A stretch of 64,000 nucleotides of DNA. Source: Octopus vulgaris (Eukaryota). Positions 27,096-40,449 of the stretch are shown here, piece after piece. The stretch is taken from NCBI GenBank assembly GCA_951406725.2, contig OX597840.1, positions 16,988,001 to 17,052,000 on the forward strand. The letters run 5' to 3'. The stretch's first letter is position 1; each line of letters starts with the position of its first letter. A model generated the notes under the pieces. That model did no database searches. It had not been told where the DNA came from and worked only from the letters and a program-made list of their open reading frames with translations. Made by a program: the position numbers and the translations under genes.

Positions 27096-27814
27096 TTTAT
27101 TACCATTGCTGTACCTACTTACTTTATATTTATCTATTTAATATATATTTTCACTGGAATATCTTTCAGAATCATGTTTCTTACCTGTTTGTTGCAAAGT
27201 CGAAATGTTTCCTCTCGTACAACTGGAGACAGCAATAAATTTACAACAACATATCTCGAACTGGATTACGTGTATTATATATCAGCCTTATGTACGCACT
27301 TGTGTGGTGGGGTGAAGTGTGCGCATGATGATGAGTAAATGTGTGAGCGAGTGTGTGTGTATTTAATAACGGTTTTTGAGAAGGATTCTTGATAGTCACA
27401 ACATTTGAAGAAAGATTTTCTTTTAAATTAAAAATTATAAGTTATATGAAAATATCTTACGAAAATAGACTGACATGAGCCTTATGGATGGACTGGACGT
27501 TTTTGTATTATGCATGCGTCTTCAATGTTCAAAGCTTTTCAAATACACGTGTTACGGGGATAATTCTATCGCATGTGTGTCTAAAAAGCTTTAAACATCA
27601 AAAGCGCTTAACACAATAAAAGAAAATTACTTGGAAAATGTTCGGGTCATTTTGTTATTTTGAAAATATTTACATGATTAACAATTTTTTATTTAAAAGA
27701 ATCTTTCTTCAAATATATAGATATAACTATAAATAAATATCTATATATATGCATATAAATATATATACATCAATCCATATGTGTGTGTGAGTGTGCGTGC
27801 GTGTGTGTGACAGA

Positions 27815-27845
<31 letters not shown>

Positions 27846-28225
27846 TACATATGTATGTATATGTGTTGTGAGTATGTAACAAAGAATAAACAGGTAGAAC
27901 GCCAAGCAAATTGTCGGGTAGATATATATTATTTCCACAGCATACATTATATGTAACCGTTGGTTATGGCTTGACCGGTCAGAATGTTGACATTGGTGCC
28001 ACGTCTATTATTACTCATTGAAATATGGCGAAACACCAGACAAGCTGGCCGGAGGCATATAACCTCTTTACAAATGGAGGTAAGAACACAGACATGGTCA
28101 GCAAGATCATGAAAGGAAGGCTCTGAAATGAAAATCTCCGAAGTGAAAGAGTCCAGTTGTGTCGGGAAACGGTCAGTTTATATATTATTTCCGTTCGTTT
28201 GTAGCAAGCGGCCAAGTCCATGTCT

Positions 28226-28650
28226 TCAACATAAATTTTCTCTCCCGGAAGTACAACCATACAGCTCACTTTTGGAATTTAAGAAAGATACCGGGTCGAG
28301 CGAATTTTTTAGGATCCTTGCCGTCTCGACCAAACAAAATTTGCATCGTCTGCACGGAAACATTTTGGAGCAACGGAGGTCTCCTTTAAGCTGCGACTGA
28401 ATAATCACAGGTTCACTTTTAAGATTCCAGAGAGGCGCAACGTCACATTCTTTGCCCGACTACATATGACGTTTAAAAAAAGAGAACATACAGGGTAAAG
28501 GATGTTCTTGAAACAGTTTGGATCATACTTCAATGGGAGCAGACAATACAAACTTTGCTTGGACGAAAGAGCTAGAATCCTAAACTATTCGCTTGATCCG
28601 GGGCCCTTTCAAATTTGAAAAGTAAATTGTTTAGTCGATGCCTTCTAGAC
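28226..28650. mobile_element. Old Penelope-like GIY-YIG remnant with inverted endonuclease C-termini
   Basis: The - strand reads RRCKFCLVETARILKNSLDPVSFLNSKSELYG. The + strand reads FKIPERRNVT.. then FNGSRQYKLCLDERARILNYSLDPGPF..KSKLFSRCL. Confidence 0.65.
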
Positions 28651-28959
28651 ATATTGTATTGGATACACGACTGTGCTCCAGTTTTATCTTTATCAAGTTT
28701 TGCCATATTTTCATGTGAGTTCCTTCAAGTTTGTTTGGAACAATAAAGTTCCTAAAGTCATCCTGTGACTATATGCAAATAAATGTATACATTAAGGCAA
28801 GAACGTCTGCTTCTGGAAACGCCCTTGCCTTCTGCAGTATTCTCCCTCCTTAGAATGGACTTTAAATACTCCCCTACAAACGGATAAAGAAATCAACGGA
28901 AAGACAACGGGTTTTCTAACAAACTAATAAACCAATTAATAGAACATCAGAGTTACAAA

Positions 28960-29181
28960 TGCGACGGAGTGCTGGGAAGTTCCTGACTTTGGGCAAAGGA
29001 AAATACAGGTGGATCAGTTAATTGTGATTTCATTCAATGTATTCCCCTTTCAGATTCATACATTTATTGCAGCGGTCAATTCGGGTTTTCTAAGCCCTGT
29101 AAAAGAACTCGGAACGTTGGGTCTCCCACCAAACCTTTCGTGATACCCTTAAAGCGAGGAACTTTTCAGGACCCTTTCGTA
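28960..29181. mobile_element. Mariner-type MITE, second copy
   Basis: Homologous to 9430-9657. Confidence 0.7.
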
Positions 29182-29303
29182 TTAAAGACATCAGGCACAA
29201 CACCTATTAAAATATAATAACCACATATATACCGTTTAATACGAATCAAAATATATATCGGTGTATGTATACTACTCATATATATATATATAGAGAGAGA
29301 GAC

Positions 29304-29348
<45 letters not shown>

Positions 29349-29349
29349 C

Positions 29350-29399
<50 letters not shown>

Positions 29400-29819
29400 C
29401 AATAAGAAAATGGAGGGGATCAATTGGTGGTTCATCAACTTTTAGACATTATATTATGTCTATTTATTTATTTATTTACTAAAATGACAATTACAAGAAT
29501 ATACATACGAGTATAACATATGCTTTACAGATAGAATATATTAATATATAAAGATACCAGTAATTATCAAAATATATATATATTGATAATTACTGGTATC
29601 TTTTTATATATTAATATATTTTATATGTAAAGCATATGTTATACATGTATGTATATCATTGGTGTGGAGAGGGGAGGCTGGTATGCATGGGTGACTGCTG
29701 GTCTTCCACGAACAGACTTGCCCAGATTTGTACCTTGGAGAGGAACTTTCTTGGTGCAATGCATTCCCATGGTCATTCATGACCGAAGGAGGTATTTACC
29801 CTTTAACCTATATATATAT

Positions 29820-29879
<60 letters not shown>

Positions 29880-30106
29880 GACTTGCTTCTTTTGGTTTCC
29901 GTCAACCAAATCCACTTACAGAGCTTTGGTCAGCCCGAGTCTATAGTGGAAGACACTTGCCCAAGGGGCCACAAAGTAGGACAGAACCCGGGGGCCACGT
30001 GGTTGAGAAGCAAACATCTTAGCACGTCTGCTTGTGCCTATAAATAGATAGATGGGTGGGCAAGTAAAGTTAGGAGTTAGACAGACAGACAGACAGACAG
30101 ACAGGC

Positions 30107-30172
<66 letters not shown>

Positions 30173-30710
30173 AATATGTTTATAATAAAACTTATAGACA
30201 CCCATGCCAGCCACGTTTATTGTGTGTGACTATATATTTGAGTATGTGGCTATGTTTCCGTGTGAGTACGTGCATGCGCATGTGTAGATGTGTATATGGG
30301 TGTGTTTGTGTATGCGCGTAAAGCAGAACACATTTCCTTTCAGGCATTGTCTACATTTAGAGCACAGCTCGGTTCTTTTCACAGCAACTTCTGATATTCA
30401 TCTTTATAACAAATCTGGTGTTTAACTTTAAACGAACTATCAGCCATTTGGAGCGAGAAATTAAAAAGTCTTTTGCGACGTTTCGTGATAATGTCTTCAT
30501 CAATAAGCATTTTCTTTTTCTTTTTACAACCATCAAAAGTGACGTATGTTCTGGCTACACCCATGACACAGAAGTTATAAAACACCATGCGCAGAACCGT
30601 ACCAACCATACAGATTCAACTTTAATATTTAAAAATGAGATGGTCACGAAGTACATTTACAACGCAAGACTAAAGTATTTAGTTACCTAATCTTGTGTAT
30701 ATTTATATAC

Positions 30711-30741
<31 letters not shown>

Positions 30742-30751
30742 TGTATATGTC

Positions 30752-30783
<32 letters not shown>

Positions 30784-30862
30784 TGTTGTTCTTCATTTTT
30801 TCAGCCTACGGAGAAATAGCTAAAATTTGTCGTTTATAATTATACCATATGTTATATATATA

Positions 30863-31428
30863 TTGGATTGTCCGGAAAGTTCGTGCCGATTTATAGCAGC
30901 TTACCTTTCCACTTATTTTAGAACATGGTTGAGTTCATAAAATAGGATTTGACAACACCTCCATTTAGAGCACAGTTTAAGCTATCTTTTCGTGGAAGAA
31001 GGTTGATGTTCCTATAACCTGTGTTAATTCTGTAACCCTTTAAAATGGAAGATAAGAAAGTTCATTTTCGGCACTTGATGCTTTGGGAACCAGACAAAAA
31101 TTGCTGCAGCTCGGCTGGGATGTGTTACCTCACCCTCCATATTCACCAGATATTGCTCCTTTGGATCTCCACTTATTCAGGTCTCTGCAGAATAGTTTTA
31201 ATGGTAAAAATTTCAATTCCTTGGATGACGTAAAAAGATACCTTGATGAATTCTTTGCCATGAAACCACCTCACTTCTGGGAAGAGGGTATTTTTAAGTT
31301 AAAGGAAAGATGGAGACGCATTGTGCCACAAAATGGTTCATATTTGGTTGATTAAAAATGTAATGGCAAGTATTTATTGCCCCTTTCCTTTCCTTAAAAA
31401 TTCGACACGAACTTTCCGGACATACCAC
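30863..31428 (+). mobile_element. Internally deleted mariner transposon
   Basis: TIRs TTGG.TTGTCCGGAAAGTTCGTG.CGA; N-terminus MEDKKVHFRHLMLWE fused out of frame to LGWDVLPHPPYSPDIAPLDLHLFRSLQN..NGSYLVD. Confidence 0.9.
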
Positions 31429-32246
31429 TATATACAATAACTATGTATATATATATATATATTAATACTATATCATATATTAATGTTGCTATGTTTGACC
31501 AATGACCTAAAGATTTTAACGTCAATGATATAATCATGAAAATATCAAATATATACAAAACTATGCAATAATTAATAATTTTGATCTGGAATTTTGTAGC
31601 AGATATAAATATTGTTTTCCAAATTTTGGCACAAGGCCAGCAAACATTCTGTGGAGGAATAAGTCGACTGTATCAATCTGTGCTCAACTGGAACTAATTT
31701 GATTGCCCCCGAAATGATAAACAGCAATGTTGACCTCGGCGAAATTTGATCTCAGAACTTATAGACGGACGAAATGCCTCGAAGCAATTTCTCCGGCGTG
31801 CTAACGATTCTGCCATCTCCCCGCCTTCACAGGATTAAAGATTGGTTTCATATTTCGGTACAAGGCCAGAAATTTCAGGGTCAGTCGACTGTGTCCATCC
31901 CAGTGCTGAACTGGAGTTTCATTTTATCAGCCGAAAGGATGGAAGGTAAAGTCAACAACCACGGGAGAGTTTGAACTCAAAACGTCAACAAACAAAAGTA
32001 GGCAAAACTAACGCCAGAGAACGAGTCCTGGAAATCTTGATTGACGGAAGAGGTTGAAAAAGTTTTAAAATATGGAAACAATAGTAACTGAGAGGTTAGA
32101 AGAGGGGGGAGGGGGATGGTTATCTGATGATGACTTCGAATTTCATGGATTTAAAATAAAATATTGCAAAACAGATTGATGTTATTCTTTTCTATCGTGT
32201 CTCTGTGTCTCTGCCTATCGCTCTCTCACTCTCTCTTTCTCAGTAA

Positions 32247-32291
<45 letters not shown>

Positions 32292-32492
32292 ATCCAAACA
32301 AGAAAACAAAAAGACAACAACGCGAGGATGTGGAACAAATAAAGTATTATTGGGCGCTGTATGTATGTATGTATGTATGTATGTATGTATGTATATGTAG
32401 TGGCTTCATGCAGGTATGGCGTGGATTCGATCCTCGATCGCCAAATTTCACTTAACAACACTTTTCTCACAGTGAGACAATAGTTTTTTTTC

Positions 32493-33191
32493 TGTGAGTG
32501 ACATCAGTTACATTTACCAGATGCCTTCACTAAAGCAAATTAATGTCCTTGCCACGTGATCCTTCTAACCTCTTCTATTTCACCGAAAGCTAGAACAGAG
32601 ATAACAGGTACCATCAACGAAATCTATTGTTCTCAACAATATGTCTGTCTTTCTAACTAGTTTTGGATAGTTATAAATACTAGAGTTTGGCAAGGAAAAG
32701 TTAGTTAGTGAACGGAGACGACAAGAGTAATGACCACAAGCAAGCAACCACTAAAGACAAACGGCCGGAGGGAGAAGGGAGGCTACAGCTAGCCATCTAT
32801 TAGACACTAGTGCCCTTACTTTCTTTTCTCTTACACCATGCTATCACTATCTATGGTTTGCTACTAAAAAAGAACGTGTACACACATACCAGTCGAAATA
32901 AACTCTTTTTATCTCTCATGCTTTTTCCTTTACTAATTATACATACCAACCTGTCGTGGTTTTTGGATATATACAAAGTAACGGTAAATAAATATTTCTT
33001 TACGACTTCGTTCACTGTTCTTCGTTCACCTTGCACATCAGCAACAACAACACCCGGTACAATCGCTAACTGCCGACTCGAACATATATCGTAATACAAA
33101 CCGTTACACTGGCAACCAACACCTTAACCAACCAACTTTATTACCGTTACAATTGGTGACCCTCGACTTCAACGAAAAACTAACCGTTACA
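32493..33191 (+). mobile_element. LTR-retrotransposon LTR remnant with tRNA-Trp primer-binding site
   Basis: ..CCGTTACA (33151) is followed by TGGTGACCCTCGAC (33154-33167), resembling the complement of the tRNA-Trp 3' end (TGGTGACCCCGAC); AATAAA lies upstream. Left boundary uncertain. Confidence 0.5.
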
Positions 33192-33272
33192 TATATATAT
33201 ATGAGAATTTTTTTCGTAATGAGATAAAAAAAACCAAGGCTGTATAGATATTAGAGCATTTATAGATAGAAG

Positions 33273-33324
33273 GTCTTACAGCTGTTTCTAGGATATTTAT
33301 TAATAATATCCCTTTATTGGAGAC
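33273..33324 (-). ncRNA. Decayed hammerhead motif
   Basis: Reverse complement reads GUCU-CCAAUAA(core mutated)-A-GGGAUAUU..AAUAUCCUA-GAAA-CAGCUG-UA-AGAC. Stems I and II and palindromic stem III are retained. Confidence 0.45.
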
Positions 33325-33690
33325 AGTGTGAGGGGAAAGTTAAGTAATAGTTAGTTTAGATGTGATACAAAATGGAGAGTGAGGTGGAGGAAAGAAAATA
33401 GATGCAAGATATGTATGGGTGTTGAAGTTGTAAATCCATTTTATAGACATAATGGTATATATGCAATATTCCAATATCCTTTGAGTAAAGTCCAAAAGTC
33501 CAACAGAGTTTAAAATGGGTCCTTCCAAATATAGAGTTTATAAGCAATATGAGTTTCTCCTATGAGTGAGATCCAGCAGATTTCTAAACTTGGTCATTCC
33601 CAGTAGGGAATTTATGTACTGCTGGATCTCATAAGGGAATCTTAGCTGTGGAAATGAAAGATAGGAAAATCTCCCTATATTTTTATGAGA

Positions 33691-34198
33691 TATCGTAAAT
33701 CCTCGAGTATAATCCACATTTTCCCCCTAAATTTAAAGGTCAAAATCCCTAGTGCGTATTATATATAAGGTTAAAAATGAATAATATTTTCTAAGCAATG
33801 TTTGAGTCTCTATTTGCTGTCCGGCAATGTTTATTCAGACGCATTTTGTGATGTCGGGCGCGAAAATACCTTAAGCTAAACCTGAAAGCAATGAAATCAT
33901 AAAAGAATCATCCATAACTTGCAGTAAGCATCATTTATTAAACGTTATTACTGTTATTTCTTTATTTTCTGCAAACAAAATGCACAGAAAAGCTACACGT
34001 TTGCATTATGTTATATATACAATAATAATAAAGGACATTACTGTATACATTTTTACAAACATTATATAGACCTCCTTGACTCAAGTTAAAGATGGGGTGC
34101 GTATTATACACAAGGTTTAGGTTTTTCAGAGGTACAGCCCCCTAAAAATCTCCTGCATATTATACTCAAGGGCGGACTATACTCGAGGATTTACGGTA
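33691..34198. mobile_element. pogo/Tigger-type MITE
   Basis: TIRs TA(T/C)CGTAAATCCTCGAGTATA / TATACTCGAGGATTTACGGTA; TA ends. Confidence 0.75.
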
Positions 34199-34274
34199 TT
34201 TTTGAATCACGGGTAACTGATTTTTTTCTTTTCTTAAAGTGGAAAATTACTATTTTATTTAAAACTAGCATCTA

Positions 34275-34312
<38 letters not shown>

Positions 34313-34499
34313 GTAAATGTCGAACGATGAAAATGAGTGCTCAACACTGCATTTCTTTATCTGTGAATTAAGGCTACCATTGGTTCTGTGATAAGAAAAG
34401 TAAGAAAATATCCTAGTGTCACCAATTTTTCAAGCCCATTACATGGAGAAAGGTGTTTGCCTCCATTTTGATCAACATGAAACCAATGATAGCCTTATT

Positions 34500-35229
34500 G
34501 GATCTTTACCTTTTGACCGACAGATTTAAAAATTAATTCTTTGTAACTAAACACTTTCAAACTTTGGACACTGGTAAAATGTATCACATAAAACGTCTTT
34601 TACTCTTGGCGTTGGTGAGAAAATTCTGTATTCTGGAAGTTATTTTTTGTTAAAGTTGTCGTGTTTCGGTAATTTCAACCAATCAATGACGTGTATTCAG
34701 CTGAATAAAATTACTGCCGTTGTTTGTCAACAACAACTATCGGCAGTGTATATTTCGTTTGTTACTGTTATTTATGACATCGTTCATGTGTTTGTACTGG
34801 GTTTAGCTTTAAGGTTTTAGGGTTAGGGTTAGGGTTCGGGTTTTAGGGTTAGAGTTACAGAAAAAAAATGAAAAATGAAGCACGAACGATTATGGTGGTG
34901 CCATGAAGTAAACATGCTTCAGATACACTCGTTTATTCAAACAAATGTAACTGAGATGAAATATGTCATAAATAACAGTGACAAACGAAATATACACCAC
35001 CGGAAGTTGTTATTGACAAATAACGGCAGTAATTTTATTCAGCTGAATACACGTCATTGATTGGTTGAAATTATCGAAATATGACAACTTTAACAAAAAA
35101 TAACTTCCAGAATACAGAATTTTCTCAACAACGACAAGAGTAAAAGATGTTTTCTGTGACACATTCTTCAAGTATACGAAGTTTGAAAGAATTATTTTTT
35201 TAAATCTGTCGGTCAAAAGATAAAGATCC
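34500..35229. mobile_element. Long-TIR MITE with 8-bp TSD (Merlin-like), internal TTAGGG repeats
   Basis: ~280-bp inverted arms starting GGATCTTTA; exact TSD GCCTTATT at 34492-34499 and 35230-35237. Confidence 0.8.
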
Positions 35230-35413
35230 GCCTTATTTCACAAATATATTTATGTGTGTGTGTGTGTGTGTGTGGTCTATAAAGCTAAGCGCCTTATGGA
35301 TGCTAAGCCATTGGTTACTCAATGATCGACCGTATAATAATCCTGTTAATACATTTCTGCTCTAAACTTTTAGAGTATACTTCTTTTCCGGATATATGAT
35401 CCACTGACGATAT

Positions 35414-35464
<51 letters not shown>

Positions 35465-35621
35465 GCAGAGACACACACATACACATCTAGACAGGTATCG
35501 AAATCGTTCGCACACATTAGGAAAAGAACTACTTTCAAAATGTTAGTAACATTCTGATAAAAGATTATAATTTTAATTTTTAATCCCCTTAATACTTAAA
35601 AACATTTTCACAAACACTTCC

Positions 35622-35688
<67 letters not shown>

Positions 35689-35749
35689 TGTATGTATGTG
35701 TATATGTGTGTATATGTGTGTATGTATATATATATATGTATATATATAC

Positions 35750-35822
<73 letters not shown>

Positions 35823-35964
35823 TAGATACATATATATATAAATATATATATATACATATATATATACATACACATATATACACACATATACACATACATA
35901 CATACATACATACACACACACACATACACGCATACACACACACGCACACTCACATGCAGACTAT

Positions 35965-36010
<46 letters not shown>

Positions 36011-36221
36011 TGTACTATCCAAAAGCAGAAACAAAGAGATCAATGCAGAATCGATATTTGATGTTAGTTAAACACCATCTGAACGGGAACAATCATTTAT
36101 TTACTTATTTATTTAACTTTTTATTTATTTATTTATTTATTTATTGCAAATCTTTGCCGTCCTCGAAGCCGTATATTGCAATTAATGATTCTGACCTGGA
36201 ATTTTGTAAAACATATAAATA

Positions 36222-36665
36222 TTGGTTTTCAAATTTTGGCACAAGGCCCACAATTTTGGGTGAAATTGAAATGAAAAGACGATAGCATCGATCCTAGTAC
36301 TCAACTTGAACTTATTTTATCGACCCCGAAAGAATGAAAGACAAAATCGACCTCAGCAGAATTTGAGTTCAGAAGGAAAACACGGACGAGATGCCGCTAA
36401 TTATTTCGTCCGGTCTGCTAATGATTCTATCACCTCGGCGCCTAAACAGAGATAAATACTGGTTTTGAAATTTTGGCACAAGGTCAGCAATTTAGGAGGA
36501 AGAGACCAGTCGATTACATTGACCCCAGAGCACAACCGGTACTTATTTTATCGACCCCGAGAGGATTAAAGGCAAAGTCGACCTCAGCAGAATTTGAGTT
36601 CAGAACGTAAAGATGGATGAAGTGACGCTAAGCATTTTTATTGGCGTGCTAAGCTCACCACCTTA
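36222..36665 (-). mobile_element. Two tandem diverged SINE family A copies
   Basis: Similarity to the other family A copies. Confidence 0.65.
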
Positions 36666-36686
36666 ATAAAGATAAATATTTTTGAA

Positions 36687-36745
<59 letters not shown>

Positions 36746-37909
36746 AAGGGAGAGAGAGAGAGAGAAAGATAGGGGGGAATAGAAAGTGAAAGAGATCTTG
36801 CCAATTCCACATTCTTTACCAAGATGCACTATTAATAGCTTAGTGATAGCATATTGATCACTCGTGGTCTGTATTCATTCTTGTACTTTTACAGTTCAGA
36901 GGGAGACGATAAGTTTAGCACAGATAACCTTTGTTTGGAGTTAAACTGGTTCGTGAAAAACGTAACCTTCGTCCTCTAGAATTCATGGTTTAATTTCAAG
37001 ACCTCTTCGGTGCCAGGAAGAATGGTTCTTGTCTTAAACTAGGGTCGATTTATTGACTATTCCTATCTCTCTAAATTTGGGGTTTTTTGTCAATATCGGA
37101 AATCAGATTGCTAAGTTGGTAAACTGGGTTTTTACGTTTTTGTATTTGGTTTGCAAGATTTCTGATTTGATCTTGAGTATTGCAACAGATTTTGCTCTGT
37201 CTCGGGAGGGTCATTATGCCAATACTAGATACACGCACTGCTTCTATTTTGCTTCTTTTTACTATTATCATTAGTCATTTGGAAGGCGGCGAGCGGGCAA
37301 AATTGTTAGCACGCTGGACGAAATGCTTAGAGATATTTCGCCCGTCGCTACGTTCTGAGTTCGATTTTGTCTTTCATCCTTTCGAGGTCGATAAGTTAAG
37401 TGCCAGTGAAACACTGGGCTTGATTAACTGATCGGCTGATTGATCGATGTAGCGATTAATCAATCAATCGATTAATTAATTGGTTAAACAGATTAATCAA
37501 TCGGTGAATAAGTAATAATCCATTCTACAATTAGCAAAGGCCTGGAATTTTGGGGCGAAGGGGTTAGTCGATTATATCGACCCCAGTGCTTAACAGGTGC
37601 TTATTACATCGACTCGGAAAGGATGAAAGGCATACCTCGGTGGAATTTGAACTCAGAACGTAGTGACAGAAGAAATACTGTTAAGCATTTTGCCCGGCGT
37701 GCTAACGATTCTGCCAGCTCGCCGCCTTAATAATAATAATAATCCTTTCTACTGGAGGAAAAAAGCCTCAAATTTGTAAGGAAGAAACTAGTCGATGACA
37801 TCGATCCCAACACACAACAGGTACTTAATTTATCGACCCTGAGAGGATGAAAGGCAAAGTCAACCTCGGCGAATTTGAACTCAGAGCGTAACGGCAGATG
37901 AAATACCGC

Positions 37910-37976
37910 TAGCTCAGTTGGTTAGGGTGTCATGCTAATAACGCGAATGTCATGGGTTCAAACTCCATACTGGCCA
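37910..37976 (+). pseudogene. tRNA-Ile(AAT) pseudogene, 5' acceptor strand lost
   Basis: TAGCTCAGTTGGTTAGGG (D arm), anticodon loop CT-AAT-AA (AAT at 37937-37939), T arm GGGTTCAAACTCC, 3' end TACTGGCCA. The first ~7 nt are replaced by SINE sequence. Confidence 0.75.
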
Positions 37977-38038
37977 GTGGAAATTTCTTTTTCGGTGCAG
38001 GGGTGGCTGTTTGGTAAGAAACTTGCTTCTTACCACAG

Positions 38039-38400
38039 AAGGCGGCGAGCTGGCAGAAACGTTAGCATGCTGGGCGAAATGCTTAGCAGTATTTCGTCTG
38101 TCGCTACGTTCTGAGTTAAAATTCCGCCGAGGTCGACTTTGCCTTTCATCCTTTCGGGGTCGATTAAATGAGTACGAGTTATGCAGTGGGGTCGATATAA
38201 TCGACTTAATCCGTTTGTCTGTCCTTGTTCGTCCTCTCTGTGTTTAGCCCTTATGGGTAGTAAAGAAATAGGTATTTCGTCTGCCGCTACGTTCGACTTT
38301 GCCTTTCATCCTTTCGAGGTCGATAAATTAAGCACCAGTTGCGCACTGGGGTCAATCTAATCGACTTCCCCCTCCCCCAAAATTTCGGGCCTTGTGCATA
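38039..38400 (+). mobile_element. SINE family A (dimeric form)
   Basis: Full head AAGGCGGCGAGCTGGCAGAAACGTTAGC.. Confidence 0.8.
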
Positions 38401-38430
38401 GAGAAGAAAAGAATAATAATAATAATAATG

Positions 38431-38470
<40 letters not shown>

Positions 38471-38487
38471 TAATAATAATAATAATG

Positions 38488-38537
<50 letters not shown>

Positions 38538-38538
<1 letters not shown>

Positions 38539-39170
38539 TATGTCGGCATTATAAAATCAAAACCGCTGACAAATGGTATAAACATCATCCTGAAGCTGTG
38601 ACTGAGGGAGAAAATGTGTCGATTCTATGGGACTTCCCCGTGCAGACCGTACAGACTGACAAGACTATAAAAGCTAATAAGCCGGATATTATTATAAAAG
38701 ATCAGACAAAAAGATGTGTTTATTAATTGACATGAGTATTCCCTGTGATCACAATATGGCGGCGAAAGAATTTGACAAGATGAGTAAATTTAAAGACCTG
38801 CTAATAGAAATTGAAAAAATGTGGCATCTCAAGGCGACTACAGTACCAGTGATTGTAGGATCTCTAGGAATGATAAAAAAAAAGGTACTGAAACCTATTT
38901 GAAAATGATTCCAGGCTCAACATCCCTACAGGAAGTGCAAAAAATCGTATTAACTGGAACGGCTCATGTACTGAGAAGAGCACTATCGCTGTGAAAATAA
39001 CATCCATCCATGAATTTATTTATATATTAATTTTTAAGTACATATTTTATCTGTGAATTTGCGTGTGTAATCTGGGAATGCATACAATGAGCTTCTCTGC
39101 CCTAGGTGTATGGAAAACACCCGGCGAGAAACGGAAGAAAATTTGAAGAAAGAAGGAAAAAAAAAAAATA
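38538..39170 (+). mobile_element. R4/Dong-like LINE 3' fragment (restriction-like endonuclease + 3' UTR)
   Basis: ILWDFPVQT..NKPDIII..CLLIDMSIP..KFKDL..VPVIVGSLG; (TAA)n on both sides. Confidence 0.85.
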
Positions 39171-40449
39171 ATAATAATAATAATAATTATTATTTCTTTA
39201 TTAACCACAAGGGTTTACATTAATAAAAATATTATGGACTGTACAGAACAAAATAAAGAATGCGTGCGTGTGTGTGAGTATGTGTTGTGAGGGGTTTGCA
39301 TGTAAACAAGACTGACAAAATTGAAAAGAAAGAAATCAACAATGTGTAATCCTGAATAGGGAGGAGATGTTCGAGGGATGCTCATGGGAAAACCCCATAA
39401 AAAACCATGGACTTTTGGGGCAGGTGCCTTTTTTTCTGTTCCTTTTTTCCAACTACAGGCGTATGCTCAGGGCAAGCCTGTTCACTCACACCAATCTCAC
39501 CACTTTCATCCACCTCTCAGCAAACTGGCTAAAAGACAACACTTCTCTCTCTTCCCTTATTTTCCTTTTCAAGTGGAACTTGAAGAAATTTAGGAATAAA
39601 AAATAATGTGTGTGTGTATGTATGCGTGTATGTGTGTGAGCGTGTGTGTGCGTGAGTGTGCGTGAGCGTTTGTGCGTGCGTACGTGTGTCTGTGTGTCTG
39701 TGTTTTCTCTTAAAGTAACATGATTTGAGTTCAAGCCCTGGCAAATTCAACTTCGTTTTTTCTTATCAAGTGTGCTCCATGTCTTAGTGGAGAGTCGTCG
39801 AAATCGATCCGGGGAACAATGGGTTGGGATTGGAGGAGGGAGCGTCACAGAAAGAAAATGGTACAAAAACTTTGTCACCGGAAAACAGAAAGAAATTTTA
39901 CATGAGAGAAAAGGAACAGAAAATCGTCGCACCGGCTCTACGTCGGTTACGACGACGAGGGTTCCAGTTGATCCGATCAACGGAACAGCCTGCTCGTGAA
40001 ATTAACGTGCAAGTGGCTAAGCACTCCACAGACACGTGTACCCTTAACGTAGTTCTCGGGGAGATTCAGCGTGACACGGTGTGGCAAGGCTGGCGCTTTG
40101 AAATTCAGGTACAACAGAAACAAGAAGAAAGAGTGAGAGAATGTTGTGGTGAAAGAGTACAGCAGGGTTCGCCACCATCCCCTGCCGGAGCCTCGTGGAA
40201 CTTTAGGTGTTTTCGCTCAATAAACCCTCACAACGCCTTGTCTGGGAATCGAAACCGCGATCCTGCAACCATGTATCCGCTGCCCTAACCACTGGGCCAT
40301 TGTGCCTCCACCAGCATAGAAAATAACGTCACTGGAATAAAAGTTGTTACAAATATGGAAAGCAAAAGAATTAAGGGAGAAGTTCCAAAAAATGGAGAAG
40401 AGTCGAAAGGAAAATGTGAGACAATAAACCACTGCAGTATAGCTTCTAC

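Noticed and set aside
25015-27338. Long ORFs of up to 293 aa
   Set aside because: Translations of (TA)n, (CA)n, (CT)n, (CTA)n and (TTA)n microsatellites.
34817-34853. True telomere or chromosome fusion site
   Set aside because: Only a few degenerate units, located inside a MITE with an intact TSD.
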